From Solirubrobacterales bacterium (GTDB lineage Bacteria > Actinomycetota > Thermoleophilia > Solirubrobacterales > Solirubrobacteraceae), in assembly GCA_019239445.1 (NCBI GenBank), contig JAFAZV010000085.1:1820-65819 (forward strand): 64,000 bases of DNA. The letters are read 5' to 3'. Of this stretch, positions 42,647-52,265 are shown piece after piece. A model generated the notes under the pieces. That model saw only the letters and a program-made list of their open reading frames with translations, did no database searches and was not told the DNA's origin. The translations under genes were made by a program, and so were the position numbers. How positions within the stretch are numbered: position 1 is the first letter of the stretch; each line of letters opens with the position of its first letter.

Positions 42647-45600
42647 ATGCAGCGCACCTTCTCCCGTCTGGCCATCGTCAATCGCGGTGAGCCCGCGATG
42701 CGGTTGATCCACGCTGTCCGTGAACTGAACGAGCAGCGCAAGGAGCAGATTGTGGTTATCGCGCTCTACACCGAGAGCGACCGCCATGCGATGTTCGTTC
42801 GCGACGCCGACGAGGCCGTGTGCCTGGGCCCGAGCCTCGTCGACGACGGCCAGGGCGGCCGCCGGAGTGGGTATCTCGACCACGCGGCCCTCGAGCGGGG
42901 ACTGCGCGCCTCGCGGGCCGAGGCGGTGTGGGTCGGGTGGGGATTCGTGGCCGAGCAGCCCGGGTTCGTCGAGCTCTGCGACCAGCTCGGGATCGTCTTC
43001 GTCGGCCCCGACGCCGACGTCATGCGGCTGCTCGGCGACAAGATCGCCGCCAAGCAACTGGCCGAGCAGGCCGGCGTACCGGTCGCTCCCTGGAGTGGCG
43101 GGGCCGTTGCCACGGCCGAAGAAGCGCTCGAGCAGGCGGAGCGGATCGGCTTTCCGCTCATGATCAAGGCCGCCGCAGGCGGCGGCGGGCGCGGGATCCG
43201 GCGGGTCGAGGAGCTCGGCGAGGTCCGCGCGGCGTTCACCAGCGCCCGCGCGGAGGCGCTGCAGGCGTTCGGAGACGGGACGCTGCTGCTCGAGCAGGTG
43301 GTCACTCCGGCACGTCACATCGAGGTGCAGATCATCGCTGACGGCCAGGGTCAGGCGTGGGCGGTGGGGCTGCGCGACTGCTCCTATCAGCGCCGCAACC
43401 AGAAGGTGCTCGAGGAATCCGCTAGTCCGGCGCTCACGCCCGAGCAGGAGCACGAGGTGATGTCGGCTGCTCAGCGCCTCGCGCTGCAGGCCGGCTACCG
43501 CAACGCGGGGACGGTGGAGTTCCTCTATCAGCCGGCCGAGCGGTTGTTTTCGTTCATGGAGGTCAACACGCGGCTTCAGGTCGAACATCCGGTGACCGAG
43601 GAGGTCACCGGGCTCGACCTGGTCAAGCTGCAGCTGCACGTCGCTGGCGGCGGACAGTTGGAGGGCGACCCACCTCAGCGCATCGGGCACGCGGTCGAGG
43701 CACGCTTGAACGCCGAGGATCCTGCGCTCGGCTTCGCCCCCGCGCCCGGCCGCCTGGCGCTGCTGCGCCTGCCTACTGGCCCGGGGATCAGGGTCGACAC
43801 CGGCGTGGCCGAAGGCGACGTGATCCCGCCCGAGTTCGACTCGATGATCGGCAAGCTGATCGCCTGGGGGCGCGATCGCAACGAGGCCATCGCCCGGCTG
43901 CGCCGGGCTGTCGCCGATACCGTCGCCGTGGTCGATGGCGGCACGACCAACCAGGGGTTCCTGCTCGAGCTGCTCGACCGCCCGGAGGTCCGCACAGGCG
44001 ACGTCGACACGTCCTGGCTCGACCGGCTGTACCTGAGCGGCGAAGTCGTGCCGGTGCGCCACGGCGACATCGCCCTACTCCAGGCGGCGGTCGAGCTCTC
44101 GAGTCTCGATGCGGCGATCGATCGCGCGCGCTTCTACGCCTACGCACGACGCGGGCGGCCGGAGGCGGGCGGCGAGATCTCGCACAGCTACGACCTGCGT
44201 CACCGTGGCCAGAGCTACCGGTGCGCGGTCTCGCAGATCGCGCCCGACCGCTTCCGCGTCGTCATCGACGGCGCGTCCCTAAACGTCAGGGTGCACCGCC
44301 TCGGGCCGCACGAGCAACGTCTCGAGCTCAGAGGCAGGTTTTATCGCACGCTCACCTCAAATCAGGGCGACGACTTGCTGATCGAGGTGGACGGCGTCCC
44401 GCACCGGATCGCTCGCGGCGACGCCGGAACGGTGCGCAATCTCTCGCCGGCGGTGGTGATCTCAGTTCCCGTCGCTGCCGGGGACGTGGTCGAGGAGGGC
44501 GACGTGGTGGTGGTCGTCGAGGCGATGAAGATGGAGTCTTCGCTCACGGCACCGTTTCGCGGGCGGGTCAAGGAGGTCCTGGTCGGCGAGAACGTTCACG
44601 TCCCCGCCCAGTCGCCGCTCGTGGCGCTGGAGCCTCTGAATGACGGATCCGGCGCGGGCGCCGCCGCTGAGCGGCTGTCGTTTGCCTCCGGGCAGCACGA
44701 GACGAGCGAGGTTCCGGCTCGCTGCCACGAGAACTTGCAGCGAGTGCAGTGGCTGCTGCTCGGCTACGACGTCGACCAGGGCGACGTCGAGCGCGCGATC
44801 GCGGATCTCAATGGCGCCTGCTCGGACCCGTTGAGCTGCGACCCGTCGCTGATGCCCGGTGAGCATCGACTGCTTGGGATCTTCGCTGACATCGGGGCCG
44901 TTACCCGCTCGCGCCGATACGAGGAGGAAGGGCGCTCGCAGCTCCTGCAGAGCCCGCAGGAGCACTTCTATTCGTGGCTGCGCTCCCTCGACGCGGCAGC
45001 CGAGGGACTTCCAGCCGCGTTCGTAGAGCAGTTGCGCGCGGCGCTTGCCCACTACGGCCTGACCAGCCTCGACCGGACGCCGGCGCTCGAAGAAGCCGCC
45101 TACCGGTTGTTTCTCGCCCACCAGCGCTCGCACACCGCCCGCTCCGTGGTTCTCGCGATCCTCGACCGTCGGCTCGAGCAGGCAGCCGCACTGGCCGGCA
45201 ACGTCAGCGACGAGTTGCGCGACGTGCTCGACCGGCTGACCCTAGCGCTGGCGGGGCGCGATCCGGTGGTCAGCGACCTTGCGCGCGAGGTGCGTTTCCG
45301 CTACTTCGACGAGCCCGTGATCAATGCCGCGCGCGAACGGGCCTACGATGAGATGCGTGCCCACATCAGCGCTCTAGGCGCGGACCCCGAGCGATCCGAC
45401 CGCCACACGCGGATGGCTGCGCTCGTTGACTGCGCGTGGCCGCTCGCGCCGCGCCTGACCTCGGCGATGCATGACGCGCCGGCCGCCGCGCGACGACTCC
45501 TGGTCGAGGCGATGGCGCGACGCTACTACCGGGTGCGCGCGCTGTCGGAGTTCGAGCCCGTGCAGCTGGACGGGCACGAGGCGCTCCGTGCGCGCTACCG

Positions 45601-48256
45601 CTTCGACGGCCCCCCGCGCCAGCTTCTCGCCGCCTACGTCGAGCTCGAGGACGTGCCGGCGATCGCGCGCGCATTCGCGGGCTACGCCCAGTCGGTGCCC
45701 GGCGGGGAGCTCGCCGTCCTCGACCTCTACGCCGAGCATCGGGAGCGCGCGCCAAGCCACGCGGAGCTGGCGCAGCGACTGCACCGTGCGCTGGAGGGGT
45801 TCTCGGTGCCCATCGCCCTGCACCGCATCGTGATCGCCGTCGCCGAGCCCAAGCGCGGTGAGGGCATGTCGGCCATCGACTTGTTCACGTTCCGGCCAAG
45901 CGGCGATGGCCTGGGCGAGGATGTCGTGCTGCGGGGGCTGCACCCGATGATGGGACACCGCCTGCGCGTCTGGCGCTTTTCGGAGTTCGAGCTCCAGCGG
46001 CTGCCCTCGGCTGAGGACATCTACGTCTTCCGCGGGTTTGCGCAGACGAATCCGAAGGATGAGCGGCTGTTCGCGCTGGCCGAAGTTCGCGATCTGACGC
46101 CGGTTCGGGACAGCCGCGGCACGCTGGTGGCGCTGCCGGAGCTCGAGCAGATCCTCGTTCAGGTGCTCGAGACGCTGCGTGGGCTGCAGGCTCGGCGGCC
46201 CCTGAGCCGGCGCTTGATGTGGAATCGTGTGCTGCTGCACGTGTGGCCGGTGATCGACCTGGCGACGGAGGAGGTGCGCCAGCTGGTGGACCGTCTGGCG
46301 CCGCTCACCGTCGGACTCGGGCTCGAGATGGTCCTCGTGCAGGGGCGCCTGCGCGAGGCGGACGGCGAAGTACGAGAACGGCTCCTGCGGTTCTTCGCCC
46401 CCACCGGACGCGAGACCTCGGTGGAGGTCGACGACCCACCCACGAGCCCGCTTCGTCCGCTCGATGAGACCGCGCAGCGGCTCATTTCCGCCCGTCGCCG
46501 CGGCAGCCTTCACCCCATCGAGGTGGTGCGCCTGTTGGCACCGGCGCAGGCCGGAGCCGAGCAGCCCGGCGGTGAGTTCGTGGAGCACGACCTCACCGAC
46601 GACGGGCGTTTGGCACCGGTGCAGCGAGTGCCCGCGACGAACCCCAGCGGCGTCGTCGTAGGCACGGTGCGGAACTTCACCGAGCGTTATCCCGAGGGCA
46701 TGTTGCGCGTGATACTCCTGGGCGATCCCACGCGCGCACTGGGCTCGCTGTCCGAGCCGGAGTGCCGGCGGATCATCGCGGCGATCGACCTCGCCGAGGA
46801 GCTGGGCGTGCCGCTCGAGTGGTTCGCGCTGTCTGCTGGGGCCAAGATCTCGATGGACAGCGGCACAGAGGCGATGGATTGGATCGCGGCTGTCCTGCGT
46901 CGGATCGTCCTGTTCACACAGGCAGGCGGCGAGATCAACGTGGTGGTGGCCGGCATCAACGTCGGCGCGCAGCCGTACTGGAACGCCGAGGCGACGATGC
47001 TCATGCACACGCGGGGCGCGTTGATCATGACGCCCGACAGCGCGATGGTGCTAACCGGCAAGCAGGCGATCGACTACTCCGGCGGCGTGTCGGCCGAGGA
47101 CAACTTCGGAATTGGGGGCTACGAACGGATCATGGGGCCGAACGGCGAGGCGCAGTACTGGGCTCCCGATCTCGCCGGCGCCTGCCGGGTGTTGCTCGAG
47201 CTCTACGAGCACACCTACGTGGCTCCCGGCGAGCGCTTCCCGCGTCGCGCGCCCACCTCAGACCCGGCCGAGCGCGATGCCGGCGAGTCGGCGCACGATG
47301 CGCCCGGGTCGGCGCTGCAGCGCGTGGCTGACGTGTTCTCCGACGCCACCAATCCGGGTCGCAAGCAGCCGTTCGACATCCGCTCGGTGATGCGCGCGGT
47401 GATCGATGCCGACCAGCCGCCGCTCGAGCGCTGGGGGCGGATGCACGAGGCTGAGAACGCGCTCGTCTGGGACGTCCACCTCGGCGGCTGGCCGGTGTCG
47501 ATGATCGGGATCGAATCACGCCCGCTGCCGCGGCACGGCACGATCCCGGCCGACGGTCCCGAGCAGTGGACGTCGGGCACGCTGTTTCCGCGGTCAGCGA
47601 AGAAGATCTCGCGGGCGATCAACGCCGCCGCCGGCCGCCGGCCGGTGGTGGTGCTGGCCAATCTGGCCGGATTCGATGCCTCGCCGGAGTCGATGGGCAA
47701 GTGGCAGCTCGAGTTCGGGGCCGAGATCGGACGCGCAGTGGTCAACTTCGACGGTCCGATCGTCTTCTGCGTCGTCTCGCGCTATCACGGCGGCGCGTTC
47801 GTCGTCTTCTCGCAACGCCTCAACCCGAGCTTGGAGACCGTGGCGCTGGAGGGAGCCCACGCGTCGGTGATCGGCGGCGCACCGGCGGCGGCGGTCGTGT
47901 TCGCGCGCGACGTCGAGCGTGCAGCCGGCGCGGACGCGCGGATTACTAGGTTGGATGAGCAGATCCTGGCTGCGGAGGGCGCCGAGCGTCAGCGGCTGCG
48001 GCTCCGCCGCGGCGAGCTGTGGGCCGAAGTCCTGGCCGAGAAGCGGGGCGAGTTCGCCGAGCGCTTCGATCAGGTCCACAGCGTCGAGCGCGCGGTTCGC
48101 GTGGGCTCGGTGAGCCGGATCATCGAGCTGTCCTCGATGCGGGAGTTCCTGATCGGCGCCGTCGAGCGCGGCATGGCCGCCGCCACCGGCGGCGCCGCGG
48201 CGACCGCGGCAGACGGAGATGGACGCCCCCGGATGGCTCAGCCGGCACCACGCTGA
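42647..48256 (+). CDS. single-chain multidomain acetyl/acyl-CoA carboxylase (BC-BCCP-central-CT)
   Basis: NRGEPA, GWGFVAE, GGGGRG, EVNTRLQVEHPVTE, biotinyl EAMKME, CT motifs SAGAKIS, IMGPNG, ANLAGF, GGAFVV. Confidence 0.92.
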   Translation: MQRTFSRLAIVNRGEPAMRLIHAVRELNEQRKEQIVVIALYTESDRHAMFVRDADEAVCLGPSLVDDGQGGRRSGYLDHAALERGLRASRAEAVWVGWGFVAEQPGFVELCDQLGIVFVGPDADVMRLLGDKIAAKQLAEQAGVPVAPWSGGAVATAEEALEQAERIGFPLMIKAAAGGGGRGIRRVEELGEVRAAFTSARAEALQAFGDGTLLLEQVVTPARHIEVQIIADGQGQAWAVGLRDCSYQRRNQKVLEESASPALTPEQEHEVMSAAQRLALQAGYRNAGTVEFLYQPAERLFSFMEVNTRLQVEHPVTEEVTGLDLVKLQLHVAGGGQLEGDPPQRIGHAVEARLNAEDPALGFAPAPGRLALLRLPTGPGIRVDTGVAEGDVIPPEFDSMIGKLIAWGRDRNEAIARLRRAVADTVAVVDGGTTNQGFLLELLDRPEVRTGDVDTSWLDRLYLSGEVVPVRHGDIALLQAAVELSSLDAAIDRARFYAYARRGRPEAGGEISHSYDLRHRGQSYRCAVSQIAPDRFRVVIDGASLNVRVHRLGPHEQRLELRGRFYRTLTSNQGDDLLIEVDGVPHRIARGDAGTVRNLSPAVVISVPVAAGDVVEEGDVVVVVEAMKMESSLTAPFRGRVKEVLVGENVHVPAQSPLVALEPLNDGSGAGAAAERLSFASGQHETSEVPARCHENLQRVQWLLLGYDVDQGDVERAIADLNGACSDPLSCDPSLMPGEHRLLGIFADIGAVTRSRRYEEEGRSQLLQSPQEHFYSWLRSLDAAAEGLPAAFVEQLRAALAHYGLTSLDRTPALEEAAYRLFLAHQRSHTARSVVLAILDRRLEQAAALAGNVSDELRDVLDRLTLALAGRDPVVSDLAREVRFRYFDEPVINAARERAYDEMRAHISALGADPERSDRHTRMAALVDCAWPLAPRLTSAMHDAPAAARRLLVEAMARRYYRVRALSEFEPVQLDGHEALRARYRFDGPPRQLLAAYVELEDVPAIARAFAGYAQSVPGGELAVLDLYAEHRERAPSHAELAQRLHRALEGFSVPIALHRIVIAVAEPKRGEGMSAIDLFTFRPSGDGLGEDVVLRGLHPMMGHRLRVWRFSEFELQRLPSAEDIYVFRGFAQTNPKDERLFALAEVRDLTPVRDSRGTLVALPELEQILVQVLETLRGLQARRPLSRRLMWNRVLLHVWPVIDLATEEVRQLVDRLAPLTVGLGLEMVLVQGRLREADGEVRERLLRFFAPTGRETSVEVDDPPTSPLRPLDETAQRLISARRRGSLHPIEVVRLLAPAQAGAEQPGGEFVEHDLTDDGRLAPVQRVPATNPSGVVVGTVRNFTERYPEGMLRVILLGDPTRALGSLSEPECRRIIAAIDLAEELGVPLEWFALSAGAKISMDSGTEAMDWIAAVLRRIVLFTQAGGEINVVVAGINVGAQPYWNAEATMLMHTRGALIMTPDSAMVLTGKQAIDYSGGVSAEDNFGIGGYERIMGPNGEAQYWAPDLAGACRVLLELYEHTYVAPGERFPRRAPTSDPAERDAGESAHDAPGSALQRVADVFSDATNPGRKQPFDIRSVMRAVIDADQPPLERWGRMHEAENALVWDVHLGGWPVSMIGIESRPLPRHGTIPADGPEQWTSGTLFPRSAKKISRAINAAAGRRPVVVLANLAGFDASPESMGKWQLEFGAEIGRAVVNFDGPIVFCVVSRYHGGAFVVFSQRLNPSLETVALEGAHASVIGGAPAAAVVFARDVERAAGADARITRLDEQILAAEGAERQRLRLRRGELWAEVLAEKRGEFAERFDQVHSVERAVRVGSVSRIIELSSMREFLIGAVERGMAAATGGAAATAADGDGRPRMAQPAPR

Positions 48257-48926
48257 GGTGCCGGCGGGCTGCGAGTGGCTCGGGCCCAACGAGCTGCGCG
48301 TGTGCTCCGGCCTGCGCACTGAGCTCCGCCGAGCTTCCTGGCGGCTCGGTCGCTGGACGGCGAAGGCGGCGATCGGCGCCGTCCACGGCCTGGCGCCGGC
48401 GGAGGTCCAGGTGATCGCTGCCGCAGATGGGGCACCCGAGGCGTGGGTTGGGGATCGCCGTTTGCCGCTGTCGCTCACGCTCAGTCACCGTGCCGGATTC
48501 GCCGTGGCCGGCATCAGCGAGGTGCCGGGGGCGGTGGGCTGTGACCTCGAGCTGGTCGAGCCGCGCAGCGGCGCCTTCGTTCGCGAGTGGCTATCGCCGT
48601 CCGAGCAGCGGCTGGTCGCGGGTCAGCCGCAGGACGCCCAGGCTCTGGTCGTCAACCTGATCTGGAGCGCAAAGGAGGCGGCGGCGAAAGTCCGTCGCGA
48701 AGGCCTGCGGCTCGACCTCCGGCGCGCCGAAGTCACGGCCGAGGGCCTGGAGGCCGAGATCGGAGGCTGGCGTCCACTGGCCGTGTACTGGGAGGACAGC
48801 CGCGGGCTCACGCGCGGCTGGTGGCGCACCATCGACGAGTGGGTCCTGGTGATCGCGGCCGAGCCGACGCCGGCGATTCCGCGGGAGCTCGTCCGTTCCG
48901 AACCGACGATTTGGAGAACCACTTGA
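48219..48926 (+). CDS. 4'-phosphopantetheinyl transferase (Sfp-type)
   Basis: WRLGR, GAP, LSH, VGCDLE, WSAKEAAAK. Overlaps the carboxylase 3' end; GGAG RBS. Confidence 0.9.
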   Translation: MDAPGWLSRHHAEVPAGCEWLGPNELRVCSGLRTELRRASWRLGRWTAKAAIGAVHGLAPAEVQVIAAADGAPEAWVGDRRLPLSLTLSHRAGFAVAGISEVPGAVGCDLELVEPRSGAFVREWLSPSEQRLVAGQPQDAQALVVNLIWSAKEAAAKVRREGLRLDLRRAEVTAEGLEAEIGGWRPLAVYWEDSRGLTRGWWRTIDEWVLVIAAEPTPAIPRELVRSEPTIWRTT

Positions 48927-48928
48927 AG

Positions 48929-48965
48929 GCGCGGACTTTCCCGGATGCACGCCGATGTGTAATTT
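48929..48965 (+). promoter_or_regulatory. putative regulator box plus -10 element for a probably leaderless acyl-CoA ligase mRNA
   Basis: GCGCGGAC-TT-TCCCGGAT (48929-48946); TAATTT (48960-48965) 6 nt before the GTG at 48972. Confidence 0.45.
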
Positions 48966-48971
48966 GAGATC

Positions 48972-50594
48972 GTGCCCATGGTGGCGGACGCGCAGCTTGC
49001 CAACTTTCAGCCGTTGAGCCCGCTGCGGTTCCTCGAGCGCTCCGCCGAGGTGTTTCCCGACAAGCTCGCGGTGATCTGCGGCGAGCGGAACCTCACCTAC
49101 CGAGATCTGGCCCGCGAGACCACTCGCGTGGCTCGGGCGCTGCTGGCGTCAGGCGTTGGCCGGGGGGATCGAGTCGCCTACCTGTGCCCGAACGTGGCCG
49201 AGCTGCTGATCGCGCACTTCGCGGTGCCGCTGGCCGGGGCGGTGCTCGTCGCGATCAACGTGCGGCTCGCGCCGCAGGAGGTCGCGTTCATCTGTCAGCA
49301 CTCGGGTGCGCGCCTGCTCGTGGTCGACGAAGAGCTTCTGCCCGCGGGGGCTCCGGCCGAGGACCTGGGCGGCGTGCGTGAGGTGATCGTGGTCGGCGAT
49401 CCGGCGGCGGCCAGAGACGGTGCGATGCCGCACACGGGGTACCGGGAGTTCTGCGCGCGCGGGCGCCTCGAGCCGCTGCCGTGGGAGGTCGCGGACGAGT
49501 TCGAGACGATCTCGCTCAACTACACCTCGGGCACGACCGGCGCGCCCAAAGGAGTCGCGTACACCCACCGCGGGGCCTACCTCAATGCGCTCGGTGAGGT
49601 GATCCACTCTGAGCACTCCTCAGCCTCCGTCTACCTGTGGACGCTGCCGATGTTTCACTGCAACGGGTGGTGCACGCCGTGGGGCGTAACGGCGGTTGGA
49701 GGCACTCACGTGTGCCTGCGCGCCGTGCGGCCGGATGCCGTGTGGCGGATGATCGATGAGCACGGCGTTACCCACATGAACGGCGCGCCTGCGGTCATGA
49801 CCGCGATCGCGCGGGCACCCGAAGCGCACTCGCTCGAGCGGCCGCTGGTCGTGACCACGGCCGGCGCCGCACCCAGTCCGACGCTCATTGCCGAGCTGGA
49901 GCGACTTGGAGCCCGGGTAGTCCACGTCTACGGGCTGACCGAGGTATACGGGCCGTATTCGGTCTGCGAGTGGCAGCCCGACTGGCCGCAGCTCCCGCCG
50001 GAGGAACGGGCGCGCAAGCTCGCTCGTCAAGGGGTCGGCATGCTCATCGCGGAGCGGATGCGCGTGGTCGACGAGCAGATGCAGGACGTACCCGCCGACG
50101 GCGTGACGATGGGCGAGATCGTGATGCGCGGCAACGACGTGATGAAGGGTTACTTCCGCGATGAGGACGCAACCGCCAACGCGTTCGCGGGCGGCTGGTT
50201 TCACTCCGGCGATCTGGGCGTGATGCACCCGGACGGCTACGTCGAGCTGCTCGACCGGGCGAAGGACATCGTGATCTCGGGCGGCGAGAACATCTCCACC
50301 GTCGAGGTCGAGCAGGCGCTCCTCAGCCATCCCGCGGTCGCTGACGTCGCCGTGATCGGCGTGCCGAGCGAGCGCTGGGGCGAGCGGCCGAAGGCATTCG
50401 TGCTGCTGTGCGAAGGCGCCTCCGCCGATGAGCGAGAACTGATCGATCACGTGCGCTCGCGGATCGCTCACTTCAAGGCGCCCGACGCGATCGAGTTCCT
50501 GCCTGAGCTGCCGCGAACCTCGACCGGGAAGGTGCAGAAGCATGAGCTCCGCGCGCGTGAGCGAGCGGCTCAGTCGCGGCCCGTCGCCGGTTGA
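48972..50594 (+). CDS. AMP-forming acyl-CoA ligase
   Basis: YTSGTTGAPKG, PMFHCNGW, YGLTE, FHSGD, ISGGENIS, TGKVQK. Confidence 0.93.
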   Translation: MPMVADAQLANFQPLSPLRFLERSAEVFPDKLAVICGERNLTYRDLARETTRVARALLASGVGRGDRVAYLCPNVAELLIAHFAVPLAGAVLVAINVRLAPQEVAFICQHSGARLLVVDEELLPAGAPAEDLGGVREVIVVGDPAAARDGAMPHTGYREFCARGRLEPLPWEVADEFETISLNYTSGTTGAPKGVAYTHRGAYLNALGEVIHSEHSSASVYLWTLPMFHCNGWCTPWGVTAVGGTHVCLRAVRPDAVWRMIDEHGVTHMNGAPAVMTAIARAPEAHSLERPLVVTTAGAAPSPTLIAELERLGARVVHVYGLTEVYGPYSVCEWQPDWPQLPPEERARKLARQGVGMLIAERMRVVDEQMQDVPADGVTMGEIVMRGNDVMKGYFRDEDATANAFAGGWFHSGDLGVMHPDGYVELLDRAKDIVISGGENISTVEVEQALLSHPAVADVAVIGVPSERWGERPKAFVLLCEGASADERELIDHVRSRIAHFKAPDAIEFLPELPRTSTGKVQKHELRARERAAQSRPVAG

Positions 50595-52044
50595 CGGCGA
50601 CGCACGCGCCGCTGCGCCGACTTTCGTCGAGAACAAGACGTTCGACGAGATCGAGCTCGGCGAGAGCGCCACGCTGACGCGGACGCTGAGCCGCAAGGAC
50701 ATCGACCTGTTCGCCGTGATGTCGGGCGACGTGAACCCTGCGCACGTGGACGACGAGTTTGCCCGCAGCGACGTGTTTCACAAGATCATCGCGCACGGGA
50801 TGTGGGGCGGATCGTTGATCTCAACGCTGCTGGGGACGAAGCTCCCTGGCCCCGGCACGATCTATCTCGAGCAGACCCTGCAGTTCCGGCGTCCGGTGGC
50901 GCTCGGCGACACGATCACCGTCTCGGTCACCGCGCGCAGCAAGGACGCGCAGCGCAAGCGGATCTCGCTCGACTGCCTGTGCCGCAACCAGCGTGATGAG
51001 GTGGTGATCGAGGGCAGCGCGACGGTGCTCGCGCCGACGCAGAAGGTGAGACGGCCCCGCGCGGTGCTGCCTGAGGTGCAAATGCACGAGCGCGGCGTCT
51101 TGCTGCACGCGCTGATCGAGCGCGCGAGGCCGCTCGAGCCAATCCGCGCCGCCGTCGTCCACCCGGTCGACCGCGACCCGTTGCTCGGATCCGTCGACGC
51201 CTACCAAGAAGGCCTGATCGTGCCCACGCTGGTCGGTCCGGAGCGCCGCATCCGCGCATGCGCCGAAGCCGAAGGCATCGACATCTCGGGCTTCCGGATC
51301 GTGGCGACGGAGCACAGCCACGCCGCTGCGGCCGCCGCCGTTCAGCTGGTCCGGGCCGGCGAGCTCGACGGGCTGATCAAGGGGTCCCTGCACACGGACG
51401 AGCTGATGCACGCCGTGCTCGCGCCCGAGGCCGGGCTGCGGACCGACCGGCGCATGAGCCACGTCTTCGTCATCGAGGTCCCGACGCAGTCACGCCCGCT
51501 GCTCATCTCCGACGCCGCCCTCAACGTCCAGCCTGACCTTGCCGCCAAGCGCGACATCGTCCAGAACGCGATCGAGCTCGCCCAGGCGATCGGGATCGAG
51601 CTGCCGAAGGTGGCGATCCTGTCCGCCATCGAGACCGTGAGCGCGAAGCTCCGCTCCACGCTGGACGCAGCGGCGCTTGCGAAGATGGCGCAGCGGGGTC
51701 AGATCACGGGAGGCATCGTCGACGGACCACTGGCCTTCGACGACGCGGTCTCCTCGGCCGCGGCGCGTGAGAAACGCATCGCCTCGCCGGTTGCGGGCCA
51801 GGCCGACGTCCTCATCGTGCCAGACTTGGAGAGCGGCAACATCGTCGTCAAGCAGCTCGACTTCCTGGGCGGTGCTCAGGGCGCCGGGGTCGTGCTCGGT
51901 GCGCGGGCGCCGATCGCACTGACCGGGCGCGCCTACACGCCGCTCGAGCGCGTGGCTTCATGTGCGCTCGCGGCCCTCATAGCCCGCAGAGCTGCGACGG
52001 CCCCGGGGATGGGTAAGCCACCCAGCGACCGATCCGTCTCGTAG
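50542..52044 (+). CDS. bifunctional MaoC/PhaJ-type (R)-enoyl-CoA hydratase / phosphate acetyl(butyryl)transferase; start uncertain
   Basis: SGDVNPAH, AHGM, LPGPG; then KGSLHT, DGPLAFD, PDLESGN. The only in-frame starts before ENKTFDE (ATG 50542, GTG 50557) lie inside the ligase gene. Confidence 0.88.
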   Translation: MSSARVSERLSRGPSPVDGDARAAAPTFVENKTFDEIELGESATLTRTLSRKDIDLFAVMSGDVNPAHVDDEFARSDVFHKIIAHGMWGGSLISTLLGTKLPGPGTIYLEQTLQFRRPVALGDTITVSVTARSKDAQRKRISLDCLCRNQRDEVVIEGSATVLAPTQKVRRPRAVLPEVQMHERGVLLHALIERARPLEPIRAAVVHPVDRDPLLGSVDAYQEGLIVPTLVGPERRIRACAEAEGIDISGFRIVATEHSHAAAAAAVQLVRAGELDGLIKGSLHTDELMHAVLAPEAGLRTDRRMSHVFVIEVPTQSRPLLISDAALNVQPDLAAKRDIVQNAIELAQAIGIELPKVAILSAIETVSAKLRSTLDAAALAKMAQRGQITGGIVDGPLAFDDAVSSAAAREKRIASPVAGQADVLIVPDLESGNIVVKQLDFLGGAQGAGVVLGARAPIALTGRAYTPLERVASCALAALIARRAATAPGMGKPPSDRSVS

Positions 52045-52232
52045 CAGTCGCCGTGGTAGAGCCGCGCTTCAGTAGGGCGGCTCAATCGGGGCTCGGCCGC
52101 ACGCGAGCTGACGCGGGGTGAGCCACCGGGCGGGACCTCGACCAGGCATTCGTACACGCCGATGATGTCGCCGCAGCGCGCGCAGGATGGTCGCCAAGCC
52201 AAACGCCTCGGAGCAAGCGGCCCGGTAGCCAT
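51933..52232 (-). CDS. small putative Zn-binding protein (CxxC...HxxC)
   Basis: CARCGDIIGVYE...YHGDC; the motif lies largely in the otherwise empty gap and candidate regulator boxes sit upstream. The C-terminal tail overlaps the Pta gene. Confidence 0.5.
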   Translation of the reverse strand: MATGPLAPRRLAWRPSCARCGDIIGVYECLVEVPPGGSPRVSSRAAEPRLSRPTEARLYHGDCYETDRSLGGLPIPGAVAALRAMRAASAHEATRSSGV

Positions 52233-52265
52233 CGTGTCAGATTGCGCCGCCCGTGCCCGATGGCC

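Noticed and set aside
40502-44062. 1186-aa antisense ORF, and similar long ORFs at 36383-38593, 38744-40465, 24184-26544 and 18955-20499
   Set aside because: They shadow well-supported genes on the opposite strand or in another frame, show no recognisable motifs, and are expected from stop-codon scarcity in high-GC DNA.
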